Of a DNA stretch of 64,000 nucleotides, positions 12,901-26,042 are shown piece after piece (the first letter of the stretch is position 1; each line of letters opens with the position of its first letter). A model generated the notes under the pieces. The model was not told the DNA's origin and ran no database searches. It was given only the letters and a program-made list of their open reading frames with translations. The position numbers and the translations under genes are program-made. The stretch is from Balanoglossus misakiensis (lineage: Eukaryota > Animalia > Hemichordata), in NCBI GenBank assembly GCA_040954595.2, contig CM082587.2, positions 5,134,206 through 5,198,205 of the forward strand. Direction: 5' to 3'.

Positions 12901-15900
12901 CCTCAAAGCTATCCTCTTTGCCGTTGCTCACCACCCTCTGCGCCTGCCCCGCAGTGGCGCCCCCATTCTTACTTTCCACGGACAGCCTGTTGCCCAGGCT
13001 CATCTTGACGTCTTCGTTTCCGTGGCTCCCGGCGTCTCGGCCCACTACCTCCTCCATGGTGATGTCGGACATGGCCGCGCCGCCCATCATGGTGACGTGC
13101 AGGCTCTCCCCGAGGCTGACCCGCCGGTGGCTGCTGCGGTCCTCGCTCGGCTGCCGGATGGTGCTGCAGGGCAGCGGGGGAGGGCAGGCCGACGGGTTGA
13201 AGGGGGTGGAGGCCATGCGGGCGGCCGCCTGGAACTCCTTGCTGCCGTGGTGAGTGAACTGGGTCGTCTCGTAGGTGGTGGTGGTGTCGATCCTGTCGTG
13301 GATCTGCAGCATGTCTATGCCGTCCAACATGTCATTCTCCTGGAGGGTGAATTTACAAAAACGAGAACACTATAATGAATAGGAATACCAATGTCCATGA
13401 TAGAAGCCAAACACTTTGCTGGTCTGTCGGGCTAATCAGAGCAGAAAAAAACACCATCCTTTGGGCTCTGGTTAGTCAAATTACTCCGGGCTGTTAAAAA
13501 CCTGGATCACGGCGATATCACTTCATGGCATCTTACCATGTCTGCTTTACTTTCTTTGGCATCAGTGTATATTGGTACTTGGTTTTCTTGATCTTCCTGA
13601 GGCACGACGACTTCAAGGCCCTTCGCAGGCTGTAGCACACCGGCCAATGGCCGACGCTCTCCTGAGGCTGACAGCTTGAAATTGTTCTGTGTTGGTCTGC
13701 AATCATGAAGAAACAAAGAGTGATACAAATAGTCATGTATAAGACCCATATTGTAAAGAATGAGTGACATGATATAGAATGCAGTTGCCTCAGGACTACA
13801 TTGCATTCCAGAGTTAACCTATTCAATAATGGATACCCAAAGCTTAAATGAACATCAACAGAATATACCATCTATATATGTATGCTGCCACTATGATTCC
13901 CGTACACGCACCTATTCTCCTGGTTTTCCTTGTCAGTTTCCTTGCCTGTCGTACTTTCAGCATTCTCATCGAAGATGGCAAATCCCCCTGGCTGTGCGAA
14001 CGGGTGGCTGGACGCACCCCCGACAAGGCTGAACACTGAACTGGGTGCGTGTTGAAAGTTGCCAGAGTTTCCTGTTGGGCAGCAGCAGAGAGGAAGAAGG
14101 GACATTAACTACCACTAGTATTTTGTGGGAACAAGGTTGTATGTGCGCGAGTAAATCCACAGATGCAAGCAAACAGACCAGCAGGGTCAAGGTTTCATGA
14201 CAAGAAAGCGTACATGGACAGTTATGAAAGTCACATAGAATACAGACCCGTTTTTATGAGGGACAGAAAACAGATCTTACCAGAATGCGCAAACTGAGCT
14301 TCGAAGTCTTCGTCCGTCTGTTTGCAGACTCCCCCGAAGCCCTCGTCCCTGTGTATGCTGACGCCCCTGCGGATGCTGTCGTCCAGATCGTCCAGGAAGG
14401 GGTCGTTGAACATGGCCTCGATCACCCCGAGGGCCTCCTTGGTGTGGACGGTCGGAGAGGGCGCCACCAGCAAGTGTCCCGGAGTGCCCAGTGGGGTGGG
14501 GTAGTCACTGGACAAATTCTGCACGTTCTCCACTGGGGTCTTCTTCTGGGACGTGGCGGTGTCCACGAACATGCTATTCGGGGTTTTGGTCACTTGGGCT
14601 GGCATTTGAGGGGTTGGCTGTGCAGCCGCCGACGGTGTTGAGGTAGGGATGTTGTAGGCCTGACTCTGGGGTGCCATTATTCGTCCGCTGAGAGAACCTG
14701 GATAGGAAAAAAATCAAGCACATTAAATATGAATTTCTTGACATGTCTCCAAAACAAATATTTTGGGGGAGAGGGGAGGGGAGGGAGGCAACAGAAGCTG
14801 TGCTTACCAGTGGAAGAAGTAGTAGTGTCTTCAAAGTTCAGTCTCTGGGTGACAGTGAAATCCCTGCGTGAAAAATACAAACTGTACTGGTAAAATCCAC
14901 TTTCACTGAGAAATCGAATTGAAGCAGATATGCATAAGCAGAAGAGTCTAAGTCAACATCAGTGTTAGGTATATCTTATTGTTTTTAAAGAGCTGTGGTA
15001 AGATCATGAACAGAGTGCTCTGGGTAAGGACTACAACGATTTTATCACAATGTCAGTTATTTCTTGATTTTATACTCACTGATCTTTCTCCAAAGACTTA
15101 TCCAGTGTAGGAAGGGAGAATCTGTTAGCCGAATGTGTCTTCTCAGGTTGGACAGGATCTGTCCTGACTGCAAACAAGCTCCTTTGTGATTCTGGCCGCA
15201 GAGTTAAAGTGCTCTCCGTGGGCTGAGACAACGGGCGAGGAGGGTTGTTTTCGGTGCCGCTGTTAAACGGCTGTCTCTGCATCTCTTTTGGCTGGAACGC
15301 ATTCCCACCAGGGATCGGTCGGCTTTGCCTGCAGGGTGGATCCGCATCCCTGGCGATGTCAAAGGGCAGTCCCTGCTCCGCTGGCTGGAACGGCTGGACG
15401 TCCACCGGCCGTTGCTGTTGACAGAGGAAAGTGTTGGCATCTGTGCCGATGACAAAGGGCTTTCTCCCCGCCTGTTGCGACTGCGTGGCTGCTACGCCGT
15501 CCATCGACGCCGGAGACGGCGCTGCATCACTGGCGATGGCACCCGTCAGCTGCTGCGATTGGTAGGCAGCGCCGTCCATTGGCACCTGCTGCTGCTGCTG
15601 GTGGGAACGGTCGGCGTCCCTGGCGATGTGAAACGGTTGCTTTGCCTGATCATGCTGTTGGAGGTGACCTTGTGGCTCGGTGGCCTGTCCAATACTTAAC
15701 TGTCTCCTAACCGGTTCTGCTTGGTGGTGATCAGTTACTCTTTCCGTGTTTAGCGGTCTGTTGGGCTCTGCAGGGCGTCTGAAATCCAACGACAAATTTG
15801 TATAATTTGGAGGATGCTAGATCGCACAGTCCCAACAGGAACACAGTGTTTGGACCAACTCCCTTGTACACGAAAGTCAATGTTTAGCCCTTTCACTACT

Positions 15901-18900
15901 AATGTTCAGTCTGAACCTATTGATTTCTTTTGTAAGGTTGGACCTTTAAAGAGCCTCAGGGTGAATGGGTTAAAGCCAGTTAACCCAATACATATACACT
16001 ATATTTACCTCGGGTCCAATACTTTCCGCTGTTCATCCAACATCCTGTTTCGATCAGCTTCTATCTGCTGCCTCTGCAGTTCAAAGAATCGGCGGTTTTC
16101 CTCCATGATCCGCCTCTGCTCTTCTTGGAACTGTTGCTGTTGAAGCATCAGCTCTTCCTGTTGTCGTCGCAGCAGCTCTTGTTGCTCTGGAAGAGTTCAT
16201 CACAGATGGAAATGGGATGGTAAGTCAAGTATGTCAAAGACCACTCCGGGCTTGACGATTACCTGCCAATTTTTGCATTATTTCCATGTTTTTATTTTCC
16301 AACTTAAATTGGTCCATCTAAATAAGCTTACTGATAGGTATACATGAACACTGTATCGATGCCCGATTGTGACTGCATGTTGCAATTTGAACACGCTATG
16401 TGCCGCACCGATTTAATCAGCCTCCATACAAACAGTACGTAGCTATCGTGGTATGCATCGCCAAGAGATGACAAGCTGAGAGGTTTTCGTGTACCTTTGA
16501 TGGCTTTCTGCGCAGCTTTCTCTCTGTACTTCAAAGCCCGCAGTTCCTCCAAAGACATTTCCCGGACACCGGCGTACACCAGGTCCTTGCAGTACATCGC
16601 TTCAAACTTCTGGCCACTGTCGTCTGTTGTCTGTTATCAAAGAAAAAACAAAATGGGAATACTCTACCAATATCTACCAGTATTTCACTGGGAATCATAT
16701 GCACAAACAAGAACCCCCTCCCCTACACATTTTCACAGTGCTTACCCTTGCCATGTGCTCCAGTGGAAATGTTGGCTTCTCCGGTTTTCTGGCACTCAGA
16801 ACCTGATTTCCCATCTCTGGCAGTTTGCGGGGTGTCCTGTAAAATGTAAAATTGAGAGAGGGATATTTTATCAAGGTATGGCTACTTGGGTTTAGAGTAC
16901 TAACATTGTATACCCCTCCTAGACTACTTATGATTTTTTTTCTTCAAATTTTTCTCTACAATGAACGTGAGACATGTGAATTCATCAATCAACTCTAGAG
17001 TAAGTATTGCACATCTCCTTACATGTAAACAGCTGCACCTTCATCCTCGTGGACAGAGAAAGCTGGTTGAGCCGAACCGTCAGCCCCACTTGCAGTACCC
17101 CGTCGCTGTGGAATCTGAATGTGATAAGAGCGACATCGCACATTAAATGTTTGTGCCAACAGAAAGATACCCTTGGTGGAAACTGTTGACTCAGCAGTAT
17201 TTCGATCTTTGCTAAATTTCTAAACGATTTCGGGTAGTATCCTTACCCTGTGCGTATTCCACTTGCCGGGATTCTGTACATTTTCTTTCCGGTGTTCTTT
17301 CCTGGGTGCAAGCTGGCTCCATTCCCCCGTGGCGCCCGGAATCAGAGAACCGCTGGGCCCCGACGACACCGCATTCTCATCAAACACTTGAACAACTGTG
17401 TTTGGCTGATCCGTGGGCAGTGCAGACAAAGTTCCCAGACCTCTGGACTTTGCTGGTACAGAGGAAACAACAATGAAGATGTTGAAGGTGGGATTGCTAA
17501 GAGCTCTCCCGACAATGATTTAATTGAGGTTATAAAATAGCAGTGTTCGCCCAAGAACAAAATTAAGATATACCAATAGAACATCATTATCATAACAATT
17601 AATTCTATTGGGGTGGGAATCCCATCAAACCCGATCCTCACCTTGAACATGTGGCCCTACTCTCACATTTGGCGCCTTCTTCACTTTCTTTCCCTGTGGC
17701 TTCAGTCCTCCGAGGGCAACCCTCTGACCGCCGTCTGAAGACAGGCCGTCTTGTTCGTCTTCTTCTTCGACAGCCTGCCTCGCCACTCTGCACTGGAACT
17801 CCCTATACACGTACAAGGGAAGTTGAAATGTTTAAAAGCTAATTAGCTGTAACTTTTGAATTTCCCTACGTTTCACGATTTTTATTTTGTCTATATACTG
17901 CAGTTTCTTGTCCACTCCCTAACATTGGCCTATATTTGCCTATGTGATCGAATGATTTGTGGCAGTCAACCACCACTACCTTACCTATGGAGACGTTGGA
18001 GTTTCTCCCTTGGTTCTGCATGTTTGGCGATACCCTCCAAGTAGACGGCATCTGCTTTCTTGGTTCCGCCGAGTTTCTCCAACTCGGTCGCCCAGGCTTC
18101 ATAGAGCGAGGCACATTTCCATCCAATGCCTTGATCGTTTAAAAACTGATATATCTCAATCTTGTCCGTACAGCAGTTGCACTGCAATGGTAATGTAATA
18201 AACAGATTGATTGAATATTTAGGAAGTTTACTATGTTTAGACATATACACCAGCTATTTTATGTCCTCTCATGCTAGCCAAGTCCAGAGATTGTGGAACA
18301 TACCTGCGCTAGCCACAGACCAAAAGACCAATTGTATACTTACAAATTTCAGCCAGGTGTCAATGTATCGTTCATCATTGTGGTATTGCTTGTAGTCTTT
18401 GAAGTGTGTAACACATCTCTCCAGTAGTGCGGGTAGATTGCTATCCTTTCCACCTTTGGGAAAGTTCTGTTCGGTCCATTTCACGTACTGGTACCATACA
18501 CTGAACGGATCGTCACCTTGATACATTCGTATTTCAGTTTCAAAATGCCTGTTGGTGTCAAGTTGTACCAGAAATGTCAGTCTTCCATCTGAAGCTAGTA
18601 CTAGTAGATGTTATGCATCGCACCAAATCAATGCTCTGATAAAGGTAGTCTGTGTGATGTGCATTGTGTGGTAAATGTAGAAAATTGGAATGAATGTAAA
18701 CTGCCTTTGTATGGGACTTGTTAACTACTTTTCACACCTGGCATTCTCACTCACTCAGTCACCTATTTTCGCTTTGGTAACGGTTTTCTGTGTTGCCCAT
18801 GTTGTACCGTTATCTTGGTAACTAAAGCAATCAAGGTAGGCTATACGTGCACTCTCTGGCGGCGATCATTTTGTTGTAACTCTCAAATGCACGAGGCGTA

Positions 18901-19266
18901 TATACTTTTGTGTTGCAATGTTCTTAGCCAACGAGATAATGCCATAGTCTATCTATACACCTGATGCCCACAATAACACCAGGCGAAACTTTCGGGTACG
19001 TAGAATATATGTTAGCTCATCATGGCAATGTGGTTCGCTTGGTTTTCCAGGAAGAGCCCAGATCGAACGTCGTGCAACATATAAGGAGCTAAATGAATAC
19101 ATGTATCGGTGATAGCTTACTGGATTTGTTGTTGAATGGCGAAATTTGTTTGGGTGTCCCCTTCTATCGGTTGGAGAGCTGCCGTGAGAGCCGTCATTTT
19201 CCGACCTTGTCGAATTGGCTGGACATTTTCCTTGCTGAGTTCCCACTGCTCGTGGCCTCCGTCCAT
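9949..19266 (-). CDS. BUB1: Mitotic checkpoint kinase BUB1/BUBR1-like (MadBub), multi-exon
   Basis: Exons encode WELSKENVQP (KEN box), TPR-type helices (DDPFSVWYQYVKWTEQNFP), GLEBS (EMSLEELRA), SPTVHTKEAL (CD1) and a kinase domain with GKGAFA, HADLKPDN, IDFGQSIDM, PWTYQ and DYYGIAAT. Confidence 0.93.
11316..11412 (+). mobile_element. ~90 bp MITE, piggyBac-like ends (TTAA|CCCT...AGGG|TTAA)
   Basis: Terminal inverted repeats flanked by TTAA; related copies at 15884, 20271 and 57103. Confidence 0.75.
15884..15973 (-). mobile_element. Diverged copy of the TTAA MITE
   Basis: Reverse-complement similarity to 11316-11412; ends GGG-TTAA. Confidence 0.65.
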
Positions 19267-19618
19267 ACTTACTTGGTGATGGGAGACAAAAAGTATGAAC
19301 AATTACTCTAAGAAACCAAAATAACCCTGTTAAAAACTTCAACTACTCCGCCATTTCAATTTGAAACAAGGCGCGCTGCGCATGCCCATAACTGTTAGTA
19401 TACATTTCCCGTGATGCAACACGATAAATTTCCCTCCAATGTTGTATGATGGCGCTCTTCCATTACTGGAGTAAACAACTAACAAAGTATCCATAGAGAC
19501 GTGAAACAGATAAACACCGACTCCATATTATTCTGTCCGTCATTTGACAACCAGGCAGTAGATTTTCTTGTGCTCGAAGTAATATTTCACTGGATTTCGG
19601 CTATTTGTTCGCCCAATC
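19267..19618. promoter_or_regulatory. Bidirectional promoter region between BUB1 and CCDC151
   Basis: Divergent ATGs 352 bp apart. CHR-like TTTGAA (19360) near BUB1; forkhead GTAAACA (19471) and RFX X-box-like GTATCCATAGAGAC (19487-19500) near CCDC151. Confidence 0.7.
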
Positions 19619-22600
19619 ATGCCGGGCGCCGGCCGTGGGAACAACAAAGCTCCGATCACGGAGCAAATCAGTGAGCTTCAGAGGAAAATCGCGTTGTTAG
19701 GTGAGTAGATCGACCACTGTTCTCGAAGTCGAACTGCAGAACGAACTGTTTCGTTTGTACTGTTACTGTGATGTCCAATGAACAACAAACGAGGTTTGTT
19801 CCAGAACGTTACTGGGAGATATTTCTGAGCGAATAATACTCGTGGGTGATCAATCAACTATTCTAAGCTACCAAATTGAATATTAAATGTCATCATTGGC
19901 ATGCTTCTGTCAGCCTTCAGTGGGATGATGCATTGATGGGACAGTGTGAAAAGTGTACAATGTCCAACAACATGTTAATTTCAGAATACTTTTCACCTTT
20001 AAAGTGACAATTCATACAGTATGATTGGTTTTAATTTGATAGACGGTGATCGGAAAGCCTATTACGAAAGTTCACAATGGACGATGAAGAAGAACAGAGA
20101 GACTATTGCCAAAATGCGCAAGGAAAACAAATCCCTGCACAAGAAACTGGCTGACAGCAAAGCAGGAGACGAGAAAGTGATCAACACAGCATTTTCAGAT
20201 AGGAATGTTGAGAGAGCTGCCATGAGGGGAAAATCTGGCAGGGTGAGTTTCCTTTCGTCCCTTCAAAACACTAACCCTTTCACCCCCAGTTCCCTCTTTA
20301 GAGGTCCAACCTTACCACAGAAAACAAATGGGTTTGGACTGAACTATGATGATGAAAGGGTATCTTCTTGCTGTATCCTCAAGAGTTAAAAACAGTTTGT
20401 CACATTTTAAGAAAAAAAGTCTGTCACCAATATGGGGAAGTTGTCAAATGAGTTCTTTCGCTTCGAGATACTGCAGCTACATGTATATATCTGTTTTATG
20501 TATCAGAAAACAATTGTATCAGTCCTCCACTGTTTTGTGTTTTCCAGCAAGCAATTGGCATCATGGATCAGAAGGTGTGTGAAATGATAAAGAAACTGAA
20601 CGCTTTCAAAGCCCAAACGGAAAAGAAAGAGCGAAAGCTTGGGGAACTGAAGACACAACACAAACAAATGAACAAAGATGCCTCGGACGCAGAAGCAATG
20701 GACGAAGGGTCTTCAGATGAAGCACAGGTGAGACTGGGTGGTATTGAACCCCCTACAGAATGTTCGTTTTGGAATTGACCAAGTGTTTTTCGCCAACAGT
20801 GGATTCATCCATTTTTGGGGGAGAGGTAAAAATGTATGGTTGTGCGTAACAGTGTCATGTGTAAGTGTGTTGATATATAAATATTGAATGTCTGTGTATA
20901 TTCATGCAGCCAACCATAGTAGATGATAGTTGTACATATTTGTATGTGAAATTTTTTTTTAATCATTTCTGTGCGCAGAGATTGCGAGCCCTGGAGAACA
21001 GACTCGACAAGGCCAATCTGAAATTGCATGAGGCCGAGCACATCAACAGAACGTACGACAGCATCAAGGGGCAGATGTGCGGAGACGCCATGGGATTCGG
21101 AAACAACCTGGACGACTTGGAGAAGGAAATCGAGCGGCAGAAAGAGGAACTGAAAGAGCTGAAAGAGATGAACAAGGACGCGCAGATATCCCGGGATGCT
21201 GCAAAGGTAATGCGGTTGTCAATTTCACTGCTTTTATTACTATTAGCACATGTGGCCTCTATCTATTAAACGTGATCCCATTCTGAATCAGAATCAGACG
21301 TGACCTAACACTCACTGATGGAGATGGTTATTTTTTTTGTCTCTTGATAGGCTGAGCTTTCTAGGCATGAAGAGACGGTGTACGCAGAGAGGAAGAAACG
21401 TGAGGAGGCATTGAACGACTTGAAGAAACAGGCCGAGGAGAAGAAACAACATGCTGAGAGAGTGGAGAGAAGGGTATGTTGGACATTTGTGAATTCTATG
21501 AAGTTTCAGTGATTGTCTTAATCTGGGTGGGGTTAAGTGTGACAATTTCCAGTCTCGTTGCCGTGACAATTTTCATTTTAATTCAAAGTATGTATTTTGG
21601 GCCACATACTTGAATCAAAGTTTGTCATTAAAAGATAAGTATGTCAAATGACGTGCTTGATTATTGCAGAGGATAAGATTGGAGTGTACTGGACTGTTTA
21701 TGTTTGTATTGTATTAAAAAATGAAAATTTTGTGCTTGAAATGACCAGTCCCTGATATTAAACATTTGTATGGTGTGTGTTTTTCTGTTACGCAGTTACA
21801 GAGAGCATCAGTCCAGCACGACGACCTGACACCGGAACAGAAACAGGCTCTGACCGGCGAGGAGCAAGAGAGGAAGATAGGCACCTACGAGGAGGCCTTC
21901 AACGCCATCAAGGAGGCCACCGGAGTCTCGGACCTCGCCGAGGTCGTCGCCCGGTTCGAGTCTCAGGAGGACACCACCAAGCATCTTGAGGAGCTGAAGA
22001 AGGACAGCGAGAAGCAGCTGGCGCGTCTCAGAGAGGAGAAGGAGAAACTCCAGAAGGAGTTTGAGGAGATGAAGTACTCTGGGGAAGCCAAGCTGTCCAG
22101 GTGAGTCGGAGTGAAACCTGTTCAGATTTTCTCTCCTTCAGAAGTAAAATACTGAAAGTAATGTCATAAGTCACAGCTAATGTCCCTTTAAGAGTGTCCG
22201 TGCAACAGTAGTGGTGTAACAAGATTCTTTGAAAGCCTTCCTTGTCTAAACTTGGTGTATTTCTCCGTCCACTCTTCACAGCGGTCAGCGCATGCTGGAA
22301 GATTTCCAGTCCCACCTGGCCAAAGAGGAAGATCGCCGCGAAGAAGCGTTCGACAAGTTGGACAGGTCCAGCAAGCTGTTGGTGAACGTCAAGGCCGGCG
22401 TGGAACATCTGTCGGACAAACTGCAACACCTGAAAGCAGTGAGTGTACATCCTTGTGTTCGTTCTCTGCGGGTGACTTTTGTTTTGAAATTATTCATCTG
22501 TGGGACAAAGTCACATCAACTCTTCTGCTCAATTTTCAGATGAAATCTTTTGCAGATAACTCGCACAGTGGTAGTCAAACGAAATAAAACTTGGCGATGT

Positions 22601-23388
22601 ATAACGCATTTTTTTTATATCTTGCATCACCCAGACCAAAGGCCATGTACCTCAGGCCCAACTATCACCGTCCTCAGACGAGTACGTCTTAGATTTACTA
22701 TCACAGTGTGAAGAGAAACTACTGAAACTGATGGAAGAGTTAGATGGCAAAGATTTAGAAGAAACCCTGAAAACAATGGAGGAGGAAGAGGTGAGTCTCC
22801 AATGAGGATACCCCCCCCCCTTTTCCTAAGATCTGAGATTTGAGAAACCACATCAAGGAGTGGCATGCATACAACAATGCGAGGAGTGACTGAAACCGAT
22901 ACAGTCAGAATAATGAGAGTAACACACATTTTTGTTTGTCAATTTCTTTTTAAAAACCTAGTTCCATGCTGGCATTGAGGGAAATCTGCCCCAATACAAC
23001 ACCCGTGTTAAACTACCGACCACTCAGAAAGACCTGGTCTTTGATGGTGAGTATTGCAACATTGATATTTGATCAGAGTGCCGCTTAGGGATAAAGTAAA
23101 ATGCAAAACATGATTTACTGAAATTTCAAACTTCTTGCCATTTTAAAAGTTCTGTGGAATCTGACAGACAATCAAGAGGAATTAATGGTGTACACCGTCT
23201 AGTTGTCTAATCAAAATTGCTGATGTGACTAACGTACAATCACTTCGTCAATTTCAGACGATGATGACAGTGGTGACGATGAAGACGTCATCACCAGGAC
23301 TCAACTCAAGAGACAGGCGCAGCAGATTGTCGACTCCAAGACTAAAAAACACAAGGTCCGTTCCCGCAAGAAGAAGGCAAAGTCCTAA
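19619..23388 (+). CDS. ODAD3: Outer dynein arm docking complex subunit 3 (CCDC151-like coiled-coil protein), multi-exon
   Basis: Spliced MPGAGRGNNKAPITEQISELQRKIALL/DGDRKAYYESSQWTMKKNRETI..., LRALENRLDKANLK, YEEAFNAIKEATGVSD, LPQYNTRVKLP, ending ..KKKAKS*; recognised from memory as CCDC151-family motifs. Confidence 0.85.
20271..20364 (+). mobile_element. Copy of the TTAA MITE in a CCDC151 intron
   Basis: High identity to 11316-11412 (cacccccagttccctctttag..gtccaac..atgggtttggactgaac). Confidence 0.75.
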
Positions 23389-25386
23389 AATGGGTGGCTG
23401 AGCTGCATAGAACGAACTGCAGTGAAATGGCAGACACAAGTGGCAAAAGACAAGTGGACAGAAATATATATCGAAACCAAATTTTTTTTTTTTGGAAAAT
23501 ATTTAAGTTATGTAACAGAGTTAGGTTCACTTTAGTAGGCTCTATCGCTAGATATTTTTAATTCATTCTGTGAATTATGGTGATTTTTTATGACTTGAGA
23601 TTTAGCTTGAATTTAATAAATACGTCCCATCTCAAGATATGGTGAAAAAAAACTAAAAAGCAATAGCCTGTTCCAAATAGGACAGACAGCTACTATTGAT
23701 GATGCAGATTTTCAATGCTTTACGTGGTCAGTTAAAATAGGGCGTATATGTCGGTTTCATATAACAAAAGGTGTACTGTCCTGCCATGGTAACGTACCAG
23801 GTGGTGACTTTCACACTTAATTGCATGGTTATATTTCTGTCCACTTTGTATTGGCGACATGAAAAACCTAGATTTTCCGGGCCCAGGTTGTGTTGATGTT
23901 TTTAAAGATAATTCCAAAACAATGGTGTAAAAAAAGATATGATGATGACACAAAGGAACAGAATTTGCATTTTCTGTTTCAATTGTAAAATGCAATCAGC
24001 ATTGTGTCAGATGTTGAGGATTAAATTTGTTTCAGGATTGACTGAATAATATGTATGTAATGTAAATTTTCCTCCAAAGTATAAATTCAGGGGAAAAAAG
24101 ATTTTAAAAATACCAGCTAGTCGCAAAGACTCAACAAATTTTCCCAATTCTAGTCAAAATTAATAGCAATCTGAACCAAGGGTCTGGTTTCAAACATTTT
24201 TTGTAAGATTTAGGTGATTCGGAGACGTTTTGCCCATGTATAAAGACACTGTTTTTTTCTCTCCATGTTTCTCTTAAACTTGACACTATACCAGAAATTC
24301 ACTTGTAAAAATCTGATTCATTTTTTTCTGTGTGTGGAACATTGTAATAAATATTTGTATCTCACAATGGACGCGTCTGTGGTAAAAGTCATTTCGCACT
24401 CAGTCAAGTATTCATCAATAATTACATGTTGTTGTTTTGCATTACACTAATAGGAAATAGGCACAAAGCGCTTAGTGTTAGCCAAACACGAAATCAGATC
24501 GACAGTGATAATAAACGCACCTGACACGCCCACGTGCTATATAGGACGCCATCACCGTCAAGAAGTATGGTGCTTTTGTTTTTACCCTTATGCTATGGCT
24601 GTAACCACTTCATCGGATGAAGATGGGAGAAATCAACAGCAACCCGGCCATTAACCTGGGGACCAAACACAATTGTTAACAATATCAATAGTGGATGTAC
24701 GCCATATATCCAAATTTTCACCGAGTACTTTTGGCCACCAGGGTATAACGGCTATAGTGTACACACAGTGCGTAGCAGAAAACAAGTAAGACAAAACAAC
24801 TTCACAAGGCGTTCGATTCTAGAGTATGTGGCAGGTTTTATTAGAGATATCACTTCATTGCCACAAGAATGAAAATGATTGAGAAGGACGGTACTCTTCT
24901 ATACTTGAAATGCATAACATTCAAATCAGAATTCGAGTAAGGTTGTCATTGGATATGTTATCATATAATTATTATATATATATATGTATATTTCAAACCA
25001 AAAGAAATCGTCATATTTTTGAATTTCGCATGCATATTCCTCATCGAAGAGCGTCCTTCATATCTGTGAGTACCGCTTATTGCCTTGAAATGCAATATGT
25101 CGAATCTACATATTGAATTACTAGTAATTAAAGATTAATAATTCAATGTCACAGCGGTATCACCAAATCAAGCACCAAAATAACAGACTTCGAATAAACA
25201 CATGTCTGCATAGATTGAAACAGTTTGATCGGCGCGGGACCGCAGTGAAGTCCTAAGGTACCCTCGCGCGAAGTTCAGCCAAAGGTGTCGCCCACTTTTT
25301 TTTGTTTTATTGCGATCATTCCCGGATGCGGAACTCCGCTGTCGGGAAATCATTCATCATGGTGACCTTTGACCGCCCTTGCTCTC

Positions 25387-25741
25387 TCATTGGACGAACT
25401 GCAGCAGGAAGACCGGAAGTAAGGCGACGAGGAACGTTGCCGTGGAGACCGAATGGTGGGTTGCCGTGTTCATTGCGGCCGTGGTTTGTGTACCGTTCGA
25501 ACCGGGTGCCTCAGTTGGCGCACCTGCCGAGGGGGTGGCGGTAGCTGCAAAACAGAAACACCAGAAACGTTGCCAACTATTTTAATAGCACAACACACAT
25601 TTTAAAAGACAACAAGTTGATAGAAAGTTGATATTTATCCCTGAAACTGCAGACTGAGTAAGAAATCGCCTCACCGTTATCCTGTCCGCGCACAGCGATC
25701 ACAAAACACAGGAGGGCGAATAGAAATACAAGTTTTGACAT
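25387..25741 (-). CDS. 74-aa putative GPI-anchored glycopeptide precursor (CD24/CD52-like architecture)
   Basis: Exons 25741-25675 and 25544-25387 give MSKLVFLFALLCFVIAVRG-QDNATATPSAGAPTEAPGSNGTQTTAAMNTATHHSVSTATFLVALLPVFLLQFVQ*: complete ORF, signal peptide, NAT and NGT sequons, hydrophobic tail. Confidence 0.75.
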
Positions 25742-25942
25742 GTTGAATCTGAAAGAAAGGATAATTTTGATGAGCAACAGCAAGAAAAAATTCGTGAATA
25801 GAATGAAATCATAAAAACACTGTACACCGTGAAACTGAATAAATAATTTTATTTCTAGGCTAAGCGACATGTCACCGATCACGTGCCCACCCAGCCACAT
25901 ATGCTGGTTTATTGTTTCATGTGTAAGAGCGCTGCATATTAA

Positions 25943-26042
25943 TGTATGTATGTATGTATGTATGTATGTATGTATGTATGTATGTATGTATGTAGGAAGG
26001 TAGGTAGGTAGGTAGGTAGGTAGGTATGCATGTATGTATGTA
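25943..26042. repeat. Compound (TATG)n(TAGG)n microsatellite
   Basis: Read directly. Confidence 0.95.
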
